Below the pieces are notes generated by a model. That model saw only the letters and a list, made by a program, of their open reading frames with translations. It ran no database searches and had not been told where the DNA came from. From assembly GCF_001194135.2 (NCBI RefSeq), contig NC_069002.1:37236453-37279048 (forward strand): a stretch of 42,596 nt of DNA, read 5' to 3'. Shown piece by piece: positions 21,370 to 34,925 of this stretch; positions within the stretch are counted from its first letter, which is position 1; every line of letters begins with the position of its first letter. Position numbers and translations under genes: made by a program. This DNA is from Octopus bimaculoides (lineage: Eukaryota).

Positions 21370-22307
21370 TGTAACTTGCTCTAAAGTTATTGAAATAGAT
21401 TGTAGCAAAGTCAATGGAGAATGATCTGAAAATTAAAAGAAAAAAAATTAATATTTTGTTCTCTAAATTGTATCAATACAGTCATAATATATGCTCTAGG
21501 AAATATATCTCTGCAAATTTGCATTGGAAAAAAATGCGTTTCAAACAATGAGGAAACAAAGTCGAGAAGGGTCAGAGAGAGAGAGGGGGGGGGAATGATC
21601 CGAAAGTAATAAAGAAAACATTTTTATTCTTTCTCGGAATTTCCCGACATAATCGCAATTCATATCATCATCGAAAGCGTATTTCTGGAGAATCTCTCTA
21701 AATAAAAAATAAATATAAGAAAGTTACGAGGAAACAAAGTCACGGTGGAGCATCAAACAGTAGTTATGCCTTAAAAAAAAAAGAAATAGACGATGCAAAA
21801 GGAAGTTTAAAGGGGGAAAAAATTAATCTTTATTCATTATCCTTTGTGTGAGTTGAGTAAATTAACTTGTATTTGTATTAATAGTTTTGAAAGAATTTTT
21901 TTGTTTGTTTCAAAATCTATCTTTTGTGTGAAATGCATGGGGATATATCGGTGTTAAGTTGTTGGTTCGATATTAAAACGATTCGTAGGAATTGTGAGAT
22001 ATTTAATCATTAAGAGATAACGTTACGAAAGTTGTTTTCTGGGTCGTAGTCATCAATGAATTATGTGCGAAATATGGACGTTATGTATATGTATGTATGT
22101 GTGTGTATATATATATATATATGTATATATGTATAATGTCCATGACAGAACGATGATAATGCAGAATGAGTATTAATTAAGGATATTTCTTCGAGGGTTT
22201 CAATATCGGTGGGTTTCTTTTCCAAGGTATTTACCGTTTGTTAATCTTTCTTCTGCCTATCGTATAGTATTAAACACACACACATATATAACATTATAGT
22301 ATATATA

Positions 22308-22343
<36 letters not shown>

Positions 22344-22972
22344 CATTATATGTGTGTGTNNNNNNNNNNNNNNNNNNNNNNNNNNNNNNNNNNNNNNNNN
22401 NNNNNNNNNNNNNNNNNNNNNNNNNNNNNNNNNNNNNNNNNNNNNNNNNNNNNNNNNNNATATATATGTATGTATGTATGTATGTATGAGAGAGAGAGAA
22501 TTAGAGAGAGGTGTGTGTTTGTCACCGAGAGGCTAAATAAAAACAAAGCGTTTCAAGGGCATGTGTATGAAAAGAAAAAAGCATTTCAGTGTTTATCTAC
22601 ATGTAATAGGAAGTCTTCCTATATATACTGTATATATATACTGTATATACTCAAGTGTCCCTCTCTCTCTTTCTCACACACAGGAGGGTTAATTTAATGG
22701 AACGCAAACCTATTGTATTTATCTGGGAACAAAAACTCGGTTGAGAATTTGGAGATAAACCGTTTGGGATGGTTCAGAAATCGATCAACACATAGACCGC
22801 TTTTATTGTAAACATTCATTGCTTTTCATAAATAAATTTTTCGTGGAAATTAGTATTTTGGTTTGCGACTGATACTGTGGCCTTGTTATGTCTATATAAA
22901 AATATATACATGCATGTGCATATATTTATTTTACGATAACCCATTTTTGAAAGCAGGGAGGAAGGTTCGAAA

Positions 22973-23036
<64 letters not shown>

Positions 23037-23629
23037 ACATACACGCATGCATATGTTTATTGTCTTCATGGATGTATTTATATATTATATATAACTGAGT
23101 TTCTGTTCACCTAGCTATTTTGTTTTTAACTTTTGTAGCTGGGTCCAAACTTTCAGTGACCCCTCAAAGGATCATCTGTGGCCCCTTTTTGCATTAAATT
23201 CTCGAAGAAGTTGCTTCCTTTTTGCATCTATATCTATGTATACACANNNNNNNNNNNNNNNNNNNNNNNNNNNNNNNNNNNNNNNNNNNNNNNNNNNNNN
23301 NNNNNNNNNNNNNNNNNNNNNNNNNNNNNNNNNNNNNNNNNNNNNNNNNNNNNNNNNNNNNNNNNNNNNNNNNNNNNNNNNNNNNNNNNNNNNNNNNNNN
23401 NNNNNNNNNNNNNNNNNNNNNNNNNNNNNNNNNNNNNNNNNNNNNNNNNNNNNNNNNNNNNNNNNNNNNNNNNNNNNNNNNNNNNNNNNNNNNNNNNNNN
23501 NNNNNNNNNNNNNNNNNNNNNNNNNNNNNNNNNNNNNNNNNNNNNNNNNNNNNNNNNNNNNNNNNNNNNNNNNNNNNNNNNNNNNNNNNNNNNNNNNNNN
23601 NNNNNNNNNNNNNNNNNNNNNNNNNNNNN

Positions 23630-23683
<54 letters not shown>

Positions 23684-25733
23684 CACACATATATATATAT
23701 AGATGTATGTGTGAACATAACGTCTTGACTGTCAACAAGAGCTCGTGGATACAAAATGGCTGCTATATAACAGAAACGGAATAGATTTTTGACTCTGGCA
23801 AACTGCTTCACATATTCTCTTTATCTGCACAACTCTTTAGTAAACAAAAGAATATTTTTCTGCTGCCCGTTGTTTGTTTTTTTTTCTCCTTCAATTTTTC
23901 TTACTCTTTCCCTCGTTCCCCTCCCACTTCCCCCCCCATTCTCTCTTGGTTTTTATTGAAGGATTTCGTGTTTATTTTTTCGTTGTGTTCAAATAGCGAT
24001 CATTATTTTCCACTCAATTTCCTCTGCCTAACATCACTGAGGTTGTTACTTTTTGTTGGTTTTAAATTTGCAAAAAAATATGTCAAGTTTTTGTAGTTTT
24101 ATTTGAATAAATTTTTAAATATATNNNNNNNNNNNNNNNNNNNNNNNNNNNNNNNNNNNNNNNNNNNNNNNNNNNNNNNNNNNNNNNNNNNNNNNNNNNN
24201 NNNNNNNNNNNNNNNNNNNNNNNNNNNNNNNNNNNNNNNNNNNNNNNNNNNNNNNNNNNNNNNNNNNNNNNNNNNNNNNNNNNNNNNNNNNNNNNNNNNN
24301 NNNNNNNNNNNNNNNNNNNNNNNNNNNNNNNNNNNNNNNNNNNNNNNNNNNNNNNNNNNNNNNNNNNNNNNNNNNNNNNNNNNNNNNNNNNNNNNNNNNN
24401 NNNNNNNNNNNNNNNNNNNNNNNNNNNNNNNNNNNNNNNNNNNNNNNNNNNNNNNNNNNNNNNNNNNNNNNNNNNNNNNNNNNNNNNNNNNNNNNNNNNN
24501 NNNNNNNNNNNNNNNNNNNNNNNNNNNNNNNNNNNNNNNNNNNNNNNNNNNNNNNNNNNNNNNNNNNNNNNNNNNNNNNNNNNNNNNNNNNNNNNNNNNN
24601 NNNNNNNNNNNNNNNNNNNNNNNNNNNNNNNNNNNNNNNNNNNNNNNNNNNNNNNNNNNNNTAAAATATTTAACTTTGAGAATAAATTTGTCTAATAATT
24701 GAAGAAATGGCTGACTGAGCTCATTATTTGTTGTTTTATCTTCATATAAGATAGTAACTTTTTTTTTATTCTGTGTACTTTATGAGTACATTATTCTCAT
24801 GAATTAAAAACATCTCAATGGCTGTCATTGAAAAGATATTGATGAACCAGAGACAGTTTATTAAAGGAAACGATTTCAGGTGAAGGCAAAGCTTTGTGAG
24901 TGAATTTAGTAGATAGAGACTTGTGTGTGTATATAGCTTTGTACTTGTCCTCTACCACTGCTCGACAACCAGTGTTGGTTTGTTTTACATCTGTGTACCC
25001 TGTAACTTAGCGGTTTGGCAAAAGAGGCTGATAAAATGGGTACCAGGCTTTAAAACGTTATACTGGGTTCCATCTATTTGATTAAACCTCTCAGTGCACG
25101 ACAAATTTACTGTTTAGGTCACAGCTCTTATTAGTAATTATGCTAAATTGCCTCCTCTGCACAACTCTGTTGGGCTCTCTGTGATATGAGAAAGGCTATA
25201 ACATAATATAAAGTACACATCAATAACGAGAGAAAAAGGACATGGACATGTACTTGGTTATGAAGGAATACCAAGCTGATGCCTGTGTCTTTTTTCTCCT
25301 GGTTTATGTATATGCAGAAATAACTAGATTTTGTAAATACTTTTCATTTTGAAAAGCTGGGCATCACTCATAGTAGCATCTTTAAAAAGACCTGTTCTGC
25401 TGGCTGCTTACTCTTCCTTCTCTTACAAAAGATAGGCTTTTCTAAAGCAAAAAATAAACACTGTTTGAATATCATCAGCTGAAGAATCAGAAAAGTATAA
25501 TCAATAAGTTAACATGAATTTGATAAATAGTAGGTTTCAATGTCAGATTCTCTACATTGCTATAAAGTATATAGTTCTGCAACAGAGCATATCTCTGTAC
25601 ATGTATATCTATGCCTTATGTGATGTGAAACTCAGCAGTTTTCTCACTTCTTAACTTGTTGTACACCACCACAAGAACTGCTCACCAATTCACATTGGAT
25701 GTCTGTATGAAATGATTTACAATATTTTAAAAG

Positions 25734-25771
<38 letters not shown>

Positions 25772-26342
25772 NNNNNNNNNNNNNNNNNNNNNNNNNNNNN
25801 NNNNNNNNNNNNNATATATATAAATGTGAAAGCGAATGTCAGTGTGTCACACTTTTTCATCTTTACTCCTCTGACCCCCTCTCACACTATTCAATGACAC
25901 TTCTACCATTTCTCATGCTTCACCAATCTCTCACCATTCAATGACTCTTCTACCATTCTTCATTCTTGTTTTTTTCTTAATCCTTACATTTTGAAAAAAT
26001 GTTTCTCTAAATATTATAACTATTTTGAGTAATTTAACCATTAACACGTGCTTCATAAAGTTCAGAACTGAAGTATGTATTGAGCTCACTCTCTCATAGA
26101 ATATTATCTCACATAACTCTCTACTATAAACATTTTGGAAACTTAGTATTTTTTCAGATATTAATAAAATTTGTCGGACCTATTTTCATGCCGTTGGCTA
26201 TCGGAACTATAGAAATATTGTTTAATAAAATTTAATATGTACTCAATGCAGGAAGTGTCATTGTTGGGCCGAAGGCCCAATAAAGAGCCCTCCACAGGGC
26301 TCTTATATATATATATACACATATATATATACACACATATAT

Positions 26343-26379
<37 letters not shown>

Positions 26380-26902
26380 CACACATACATATATATACAT
26401 ATGTATATACACATTGGAAAAATAGTTGAAAATGCACTGAGAATAGTTAAAATATTTTTTATTATTACACACATATACATATATACATACATATATACAG
26501 ACCCCCCCCCCACATACATGCAATACAGACAATTGGCTTCTTTTAGTTTCCATCTATTAAATCCACTTACAAGGTGTTAGTTGGTCAAGGGCTATAGTAG
26601 ACAGTGGAACTGAACCCAAGACCATGTGGTTGAGAAGCAAACTTCTCACTACACTAACATACCAGATTCAGTTTTGAAAATAATGAAGTTAGTAAAATTA
26701 CCTCGTCATTATTAAGTTGGCGTTTTGTACATAACATGAAATTTTGATGGAACAATTTTAGATTGGTTTAAAAATTTGTAATGCAAAAAGGGCATCAGTG
26801 ATTTAGTATCAAACGAGTTCCTTTTTTTTTTTTGTTTTTTTTTCTTATTTTTTCTTGTTTTTTACAGATGTATTTTTATATGTTGAAATTTTGTGTTTCC
26901 AG

Positions 26903-27007
26903 GAGACGTATCCTCAATCTGCTCCAATATGGTTTAGTGATATTGAAGATCCAATGATAACCAGTGCAATTGAACATTTGTGCAATGCCACTGCTGATAA
27001 ATACACT
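26903..27007 (+). CDS. UBE2Q: UBE2Q exon 2
   Basis: tccag|GAG...ACT|gtgagt; ETYPQSAPIWFSDIEDPMITSAIEHLCNATADKYT; 105 nt. Confidence 0.94.
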
Positions 27008-27563
27008 GTGAGTAAAGTGTCACTGACGACTATTAAATGCCTGCTATCTGTTTTGTGTCACTTCCCCCTTAATGTCAACATTTGTTACTTTACCTTTTGT
27101 ACAGTTTTGACTGTCTCTGTTTTTAAACTGTAAAAATACGAAACAAAACAGAAAACAACTTTTGCAACATAGAAGTTTTGGGAATTTTTATCTTGTATTA
27201 CAAAAATGTTGAAATGTTTCGCTTGGGAAAATGTGAAAGTAGTAATAAAACTCGACAAATAAATATAGTCCAATATATAAAGCTTTGTTTAAACAAAAAA
27301 AAAAAAAGTCTTTTTAAGACTATAATTATGGTGGTAGAAGTTCAAGGGGAATTATATAATGTTTTTGATAATGTTAGCAGAATTATCTTCAATTTTTACG
27401 TCAGAAGTGAAATAACAATGCCAAAGATAAACTTTTGGGTTAGAAAGTTCATAGTTGTGTAAATTGATATTAGAAATATTCCAGATGAGATTTTATATAT
27501 GGAAAGCAAACAATTCAGGTGTTTTATAAATATGTATGTAATGTATATATATATATATATATG

Positions 27564-27601
<38 letters not shown>

Positions 27602-28371
27602 TGTATCAACCAAACCATTGGACATTATTGTACACTGCTGGTTACAATGTATTTCCTTGCATCATTGTAGTTTCCAATGATTACCACTCCAGTGTACTTC
27701 AAAAGAAAGGGTTAAAGTTTATATTATTCCCTCCTCAGGTTAAGTGTAGACAAATTGTGCATTATAACATTTTCCTGTTCCTTTCAGTCCCTGCACTATC
27801 TTTTGAGGTGCAATTTATTTCAATATTTTGATGAATTTGCTTCCTCCATTGAGCAATCTTTTTTCTGTCAGAGGTACCTTCCATTATTCCGTTTAGTTTT
27901 TGCTAATTGTTGCAAATCTACTTCATGCTTTCATCTTGTCAGCCTTTTTAAACAAAGAAGCCCTTCATTAACAACAGTGAAGCACTTGTCTCATCTTCTT
28001 CTGCCCTTTATGTAACCCGATCACAATGATAACCATTAACTCCATCTCCAGCATCATTTATGTCAGATAGCTTTCACAACAGCTCTACTACTTGAGTTAT
28101 CCATGTAGCAACCCTTTGTTTTTTTTAATATATGGTTATCAGCTACTAAAGTTCTTTCAATGCATTTAAAGGTATCTTTTATCAGTCTGCTAGAAATACC
28201 AGTCCTTTCTTCCTACATACTGAACAAAGCCAGTTCTTTAAAAATGATGTCTTTTGAATGAAATCTAGTCTTTCAAGTATTGAATTTCCTGCAGTTCTTA
28301 GGATACTTTTAATGAATAAAATACATATTATGCTCATGCATGCATGCACACACACACGCGCACGTGCACGC

Positions 28372-28374
<3 letters not shown>

Positions 28375-28441
<67 letters not shown>

Positions 28442-29261
28442 NNNNNNNNNNNNNNNNNNNNNNNNNNNNNNNNNNNNNNNNNNNNNNNNNNNNNNNNNNN
28501 NNNNNNNNNNNNNNNNNNNNNNNNNNNNNNNNNNNNNNNNNNNNNNNNNNNNNNNNNNNNNNNNNNNNNNNNNNNNNNNNNNNNNNNNNNNNNNNNNNNN
28601 NNNNNNNNNNNNNNNNNNNNNNNNNNNNNNNNNNNNNNNNNNNNNNNNNNNNNNNNNNNNNNNNNNNNNNNNNNNNNNNNNNNNNNNNNNNNNNNNNNNN
28701 NNNNNNNNNNNNNNNNNNNNNNNNNNNNNNNNNNNNNNNNNNNNNNNNNNNNNNNNNNNNNNNNNNNNNNNNNNNNNNNNNNNNNNNNNNNNNNNNNNNN
28801 NNNNNNNNNNNNNNNNNNNNNNNNNNNNNNNNNNNNNNNNNNNNNNNNNNNNNNNNNNNNNNNNNNNNNNNNNNNNNNNNNNNNNNNNNNNNNNNNNNNN
28901 NNNNNNNNNNNNNNNNNNNNNNNNNNNNNNNNNNNNNNNNNNNNNNNNNNNNNNNNNNNNNNNNNNNNNNNNNNNNNNNNNNNNNNNNNNNNNNNNNNNN
29001 NNNNNNNNNNNNNNNNNNNNNNNNNNNNNNNNNNNNNNNNNNNNNNNNNNNNNNNNNNNNNNNNNNNNNNNNNNNNNNNNNNNNNNNNNNNNNNNNNNNN
29101 NNNNNNNNNNNNNNNNNNNNNNNNNNNNNNNNNNNNNNNNNNNNNNNNNNNNNNNNNNNNNNNNNNNNNNNNNNNNNNNNNNNNNNNNNNNNNNNNNNNN
29201 NNNNNNNNNNNNNNNNNNNNNNNNNNNNNNNNNNNNNNNNNNNNNNNNNNNNNNNNNNNNN

Positions 29262-29345
<84 letters not shown>

Positions 29346-29358
29346 CTCTCTCTCTCCC
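28375..29358. repeat. (TC)n microsatellite flanking an assembly gap (N 28442-29261)
   Basis: TC tracts on both sides of the N-run. Other gaps: 22360-22459, 23247-23629, 24125-24661, 25772-25813, 33183-33192, 34063-34186, 40179-40968. Confidence 0.9.
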
Positions 29359-29984
29359 ATGCATTAAATATGCCACTGATCCAGATTCAAACTTTTTATT
29401 TCTGTAACTCAAGGTTGTTAAATGTAAAATACTGGCTATTTTTCTTCTTTTTAACGTCGCAGAAAAAATCTTGTAAATCTCCCAGAGAAATATATTGTTG
29501 TAAAGTGTGTAGCATTATGAAATGTAAAAGTGGTTTGGCTGTGTTCAGCAAGAAGTGGAGAAATGGGAAGGGCTTAGGACTGCAACCAAGACATCAGAGA
29601 AGGGTGTATATGGACTAATAGCACATTTGTCCTCACGGAGGCTGAGAGGAAAGTGATATGGAGAAGTTATACGTTGTTCTCCAACACCGACACACTCACG
29701 CGTACACACTCACACACACACACGTACACACTCAAACTCACGCGTACACACTCATGCTGACTCGACTCGCACACACTCATGTGTAGACAAATTGCAAGTA
29801 AATCTCTCCTGAAATCTTACCGTTTCTGTTGAGCCATCCCACCAAGATATAAGCTTGGATTAACCCAACCATGTTGAAAGAATAACATTCTTTTTGTTAT
29901 CTATCATAAGCAATTTTTGATTTGTTTGTTTTTTCTCTCTCTCTCCAAAGTAAAGCCATATGTTTTTTGTTTTAATTTTTTCAG

Positions 29985-30086
29985 ATATTAGATCAAGTGA
30001 AAATTTTGTTAACACAGCTCTGCTCGCTTCATAATGTACCAGTTCCGTTTGAAGTGACAAATATCGACAGAGATCTTGCTGCAAAA
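29985..30086 (+). CDS. UBE2Q: UBE2Q exon 3
   Basis: ttcag|ATA...AAA|gtaagt; ILDQVKILLTQLCSLHNVPVPFEVTNIDRDLAAK; 102 nt. Confidence 0.9.
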
Positions 30087-30562
30087 GTAAGTTTGATTTG
30101 TTTTTTTTTTTCTTTACTATTACAATGTGCTTTGATGTGTTATGAAATATTTAGAAAATAACTGTATGAAATATTCGTGTTAACAGGTTTTAATTCTATC
30201 ATTAACACTATTACAGAATATTCTTGCAATATCTGCAGTCCAAAAGCATTTGATGTAACCATATTAGAAAATAATTAAATGTAATGTGTTTAACATCATT
30301 AGAAGATCTAAAATGGAGACTGGGCTATATTGAGTGGTTGGCGTTAGAAACAGCATCCAGCTGTAGAAATATTGCCTGATCAAACTGGAGCCTGGTGCAG
30401 CCGCTGGCTCTCCAGACCTCAGTCAAACCGTCCAACCCATGCCAGCATGGAAAATGGACGTTAAATGATGATGGTGTGAACATATGGGTATGATTTGAAG
30501 TGGTATGACCAATTACGATGTTTATTTTTTAACCACTAAGTTTATCTATCTATCTATCTATC

Positions 30563-30640
<78 letters not shown>

Positions 30641-30691
30641 TATATTGTAAAACTGTAGAGTTTAAAAGTTATATGTAATAAAATTTTTCAG

Positions 30692-30774
30692 AACCAAGCC
30701 ATTCGGTCTAATCGAGAAGATTCTGATGATGATGAAGAAGAATTCCATTATGAGATGGAAGAGGAAGTTCCAGG
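30692..30774 (+). CDS. UBE2Q: UBE2Q exon 4 (acidic linker)
   Basis: ttcag|AAC...CCA GG|gtgagt; NQAIRSNREDSDDDEEEFHYEMEEEVP; 83 nt, phase 2. Confidence 0.9.
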
Positions 30775-30954
30775 GTGAGTTGGCAGCTTGACTGAAATCT
30801 TGGAATTACCTATTTCTGTACATTTTAATATATTGTTTGTACTTTATAAAAACTATTGAAGTTAGTGAATAAGACTAGGATCTTGTTGCCTTCAAATATA
30901 ATCCCTAATTATTGCCAGTCTATAATAATATTTGCTGTTTTTGTTTTTGGTTAG

Positions 30955-31051
30955 TGAGACCAAAAGTAAAGATGATATTGATGGGATTGATGCAGGAAAC
31001 TTAGTGGTGTTGGAAAAATTAAAACAGAATCAAAGACAAGACTATCTCAAG
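30955..31051 (+). CDS. UBE2Q: UBE2Q exon 5
   Basis: ggttag|T GAG...AAG|gtttga; (G)ETKSKDDIDGIDAGNLVVLEKLKQNQRQDYLK; 97 nt. Confidence 0.92.
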
Positions 31052-31232
31052 GTTTGAACATGTTTTTCCATCCATGTTGGCATTAAGATTTATTGAATCT
31101 TATTTTGTTTTGCTTGCTTGGTTAGTCAGAAAATGTTACAGTTTAGCACAGCTTTTTGTTTTTCTCTCTGCAATTGCTATTGTAGTGGTGGTATGTTGTT
31201 GCTCAAGAATTGATGGAAGATTGATATTGTAC

Positions 31233-31450
31233 TTAATTAACATTCTGATTACTTACTGCCAAATGTAATCTTTATTTATTCACATTGTTTTGAATTAATC
31301 AATCATTATCTTGTAACTTTGAGATTGTGAAAATGTGTTTTATTTTAGAATAACATTGTAAGGTAGTTGTGGTAGGTTGCTTCTGGCCAGTTTGAATATT
31401 AAACAGAATATTTGGGCTGAATGGGGCTGGTTTAAATGTTAAAGGGTTAA
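31233..31450 (+). mobile_element. piggyBac-like MITE copy (about 220 bp)
   Basis: Ends aaatgttaaagggTTAA; internal sequence shared with the other copies; family TIR reconstructs as TTAA-CCCTTTAGCA...TGCTAAAGGG-TTAA. Confidence 0.7.
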
Positions 31451-32622
31451 GTTTCAGAGTTGTACTTCTCTGCTTATAGACGTAATCTGAGATGGTGTTG
31501 AAAGAAACAATTATATTGTGGAAGAGCCATTTTAGCTATCTAAAAACGTGTGATTTAGTTAAGCTGAAATATCTCTTTCGTGATGTACTTGCTTCTTTTT
31601 TTTAAAAGTAATTTACTTTCCATTCCAGCAGAGTGGATTTATTTTCCTAAAGGTAAAATGTTTAAACAAAAGTTTGAAGTTTGTGCTGTGCATGACAGGG
31701 TACACAACCACAAAGTAGGGTCGTCTATTTTGCCAATTAACACATTAAAAGAAAAAAGAAAAGTAAAAAAGGCATGGTTCTGGTTAAGTTGGTTTCTTAA
31801 TCATGGAATTTTGAATTTGGTTTCACTACACAGATACTTTGGGCAAGTGTCCTCTATCATAGGTCCAAATTCTTGTGAGTGAATGTGGAAGACAAAAAGA
31901 AGCCTGTTGTATGTGTGTGTGTGCCTCTCTTTACATTTGCTGTACAAAAGATGCAAATTATGGGTGGTATTGTGTTGTCACTTTATACCTTTGAAGATGT
32001 GAAATAAGAGATAATTTACTTGAAAAATAAGGGTTTAATGATTGGAAGGGCATCCGACTGTAAACAGTGCCTCAATAATATATTTGTTTCAACGATGCTA
32101 GCATAGACAAACAGGTGTATAATGAACAAATGAAATCATGGTTAATTGTCCAAACAATATTGCATACCCATTTAGTGATTCTCCCATGACTACCTTTTGG
32201 TATATAGAATGGTTTGTGGTTTACTGAAGAGGTCTATTAAGACCAACCAACTTGGGACCACCCCCTAGTTCTATGATATAAACTTTCTGTTTTAAAGTGT
32301 TCTAAATCAAACCTTTCTAACAAAGTTCCATGTTAATTTATCTTCCCAATAATGTTATTTAATTAAATCATTTTATTTTCAAAATTAATTAAAACAAAAG
32401 CAGTGTAGTTAAGCAGAAATATGGTAACAAAAGCATTAAGACCAAAACATATCAAGAGTTGTGTCCTGCTAAAAATAGAGGACTAATTTTTGAACTAATT
32501 TTTGTTCTCACTACATAAGTTTTTCTAATTAGGTTTTTGATTCTAACTGTAATACTTTTCCAATAAGACAGGCTAATACTAGCAGAATGCTATATTTGAG
32601 GTCACAGCACAATGTCTGAGGT

Positions 32623-32844
32623 TTAACTCTTTTGTGTTCAGACTACTCTGTTAAATGTAAAGCTTATTCACATTGTTTTGAATCTACGTATTATCTCATA
32701 GCTTTAAGATTTTGATGATATGATTGTTTATTTTTAGAATGACATTGTAAGGTAGGTGTGAGGGGTCAGATCTAGCCAGTTTGAATGAAAAACAGGTAAA
32801 ATATTTTGGGCTGGATATAGCCAGTTTAAATACTAAGGTGTTAA
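32623..32844 (+). mobile_element. piggyBac-like MITE copy (left arm of an inverted pair)
   Basis: ttaactctttt...cagactactctg...cattgtaaggtaggtgtgag...tttaaatactaaggtgttaa. Confidence 0.7.
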
Positions 32845-33037
32845 ACTAGCCATATTCAACCCAGTATTCTCCCTGTATATTGTTCAGACTGACCAGATCC
32901 AGCCTCTCACACCTACCTTACAATGCCATTCTAAAAATTAACTATCATATCATCAAAATCTTGAAGCTATGAGATAATGCATAGTAAATTCAAAAGTGAA
33001 CAAATAAGCATTACATTTGACAGTAATCTGAATACTA
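32841..33037 (-). mobile_element. piggyBac-like MITE copy (right arm of the inverted pair)
   Basis: Reverse-complement copy: ttaaactagccatattc...ctcacacctaccttacaatgccattctaaaaa...catttgacagtaatctgaatacta. Confidence 0.7.
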
Positions 33038-34453
33038 CAAAATTAAATGTAAGTAGAAGCTTACCAGCCTGACGACTTTCATCTCGTATTTCTGGAGATA
33101 GTTGTTTTAAACAGCTGCATGTTATTTAGCTACACAATGGAATATTTACTAACAACCTCTTGTGTTTTGAGTTATAGGAAATNNNNNNNNNNTTTAGAGG
33201 ACACAGGCATAGGCTGTGTGGTGGTTTTCTACTCAGCCATATGGTTCCAGGTTCAGTCCCATTGTGTGGCACCTTGGGTAAGTGTCTTCTGCTATAGCCC
33301 CAGGCCAATCAGAGCCTTTTAAGTGGATTCGACAGACGGAAACTGAAAGAAGGTCATCGTATATGTGTGTGTGTGTGTGTGCGTGCGCATGTTTGTGTAT
33401 CCTTGTTTTGATATTGCGTGATAGCTCTAAAATGATTGTTCCTGTCATGCAAGCAGTGTCCCTCATTTCCTGTATTCTGTAAGAACATGTCTGGCCATGA
33501 TGGAAGATTGCTTTGCTTGAAAACAGGTGAAATCTGCTTCAAATAAACTCCATCTGACTCATTCAAGCATGGGGAAAAAAAGGACATTAGAATGATGATA
33601 ATTTGTCTGCTTGTGACTGCATGTGCAACTACTCGTGCACATATGCCCCTGTTTGTGCACATTTATTTTGTCATAGAAAAATTATTTTGAGTAATTTTCT
33701 CTTTCCTTCAAAATCCTAGGAGACTTGATAATATATTCTGCATAATGTGTGCAACTTTTCTTGAACTCTGCCAGAAAGCTAGTTGAGTTGAAATTTTGCA
33801 CGCCCCCAAATATATTTTGAACGCGGGTGGTGGAGTGGATGAGGGGGGGGGGGTTCCTGCTGGCAGCAGTCATTGTAAGGGAGGTAATCACTACTAGATA
33901 AGTTTTAATCATTTAATCATTTTTTTTCTCTCCAACCCAATATTTACATGCTATTATCTATCATAGCTTTATGAACTTCAAGATCCCTTGTTCCAAAAAT
34001 CAATTATTGCATTTTCTCTGGAGAGTTTATAGATTGATGTCTACTAATGTGTGTGTGTGTGTNNNNNNNNNNNNNNNNNNNNNNNNNNNNNNNNNNNNNN
34101 NNNNNNNNNNNNNNNNNNNNNNNNNNNNNNNNNNNNNNNNNNNNNNNNNNNNNNNNNNNNNNNNNNNNNNNNNNNNNNNNNNNNNNAATGCTTTTTGATC
34201 CTCGTTTGGAATCATCAGTATGACATGACCCTAGACAAATATATATGAGACTCATTCAAACATTTTACAAAATGAGAAAGATTAGAAGATATTCGAAGAA
34301 AGTTTTTTTCCTTTCCTTCATAGATGTTTCATAGTTCAGCAAATGAGAGAGAAAATTAAAGAGAGAAAGAAAAATCCCATTTACAGATTACTTCTGGGGA
34401 ATTACTATGTTGTGAAAAAGTTCATGAATGTATTTATGATAGTTTTGACTGTG

Positions 34454-34620
34454 AAGGCGCATGGCTTATTGGTTAGAGTGTGGGACTCATGATCATAAAG
34501 TTGTGGTTTTGATTCCTGGATCAGGCAATGTGTTGTGTTCTTGAGACAAACACTAGTTGCTCTAGTCCATTAAGCTGGTACAAATGAGTCATCCTGTGAT
34601 GTACTGGCATCTAGGGAGGA
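34454..34620 (+). mobile_element. tRNA-derived SINE (V-domain-like)
   Basis: A-box tggcttattgg, B-box-like ggttttgattcc, then gtgttcttgag.caaacact...ttgctctagtcca. A reverse head of similar type lies at about 38840-38906. Confidence 0.5.
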
Positions 34621-34840
34621 ATATATACACACCAGAGAAACTGGGAAACTAGTCTTATGCTCCCTCTGGGCTGACCATAATAGGCTTGACTACAAACAAA
34701 TTACAGGGGCTGGTTTTGGTGTCATCATTCCGGGTATAGATCATATATATTTCGGCTGGGATTCTGTAGTAGTTTACCTTTCGTTGTGTTTGTAAAGACA
34801 AATATATTTTCTTTGCTTATTTTAATGTTCTATTTTTCAG

Positions 34841-34925
34841 GGCAATGTTTGTGGCTCAGTCCAGGCAACAGATAGGTTGATGAAAGAATTGAGGGAAATA
34901 TTTCGATCTGAAAGTTACAAAAAGG
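34841..34925 (+). CDS. UBE2Q: UBE2Q exon 6 (start of UBC fold)
   Basis: ttcag|GGC...AAG G|gtgagt; [28 protein letters not shown]; 85 nt. Confidence 0.96.

Noticed and set aside
26900-26905. CAG-GAG tandem (NAGNAG) acceptor at UBE2Q exon 2
   Set aside because: GAG acceptors are rarely used and the Glu (ETYP) is conserved in the family; no supporting evidence.
26908-26916. GTATCCTC resembling a U12 donor
   Set aside because: Lies inside a conserved coding exon (TYP); no matching U12 branch site was identified.
22346-29618. Long ORFs in the track containing X runs, and poly-SL/ER/YI/CV peptides
   Set aside because: Artefacts of N-gaps and dinucleotide microsatellites; no coding signal.
20643-29984. 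Missing UBE2Q coding exons hidden in assembly gaps
   Set aside because: The visible exons join in frame into a complete 362-aa protein with continuous family similarity; alternative exons inside gaps cannot be excluded but are not needed.
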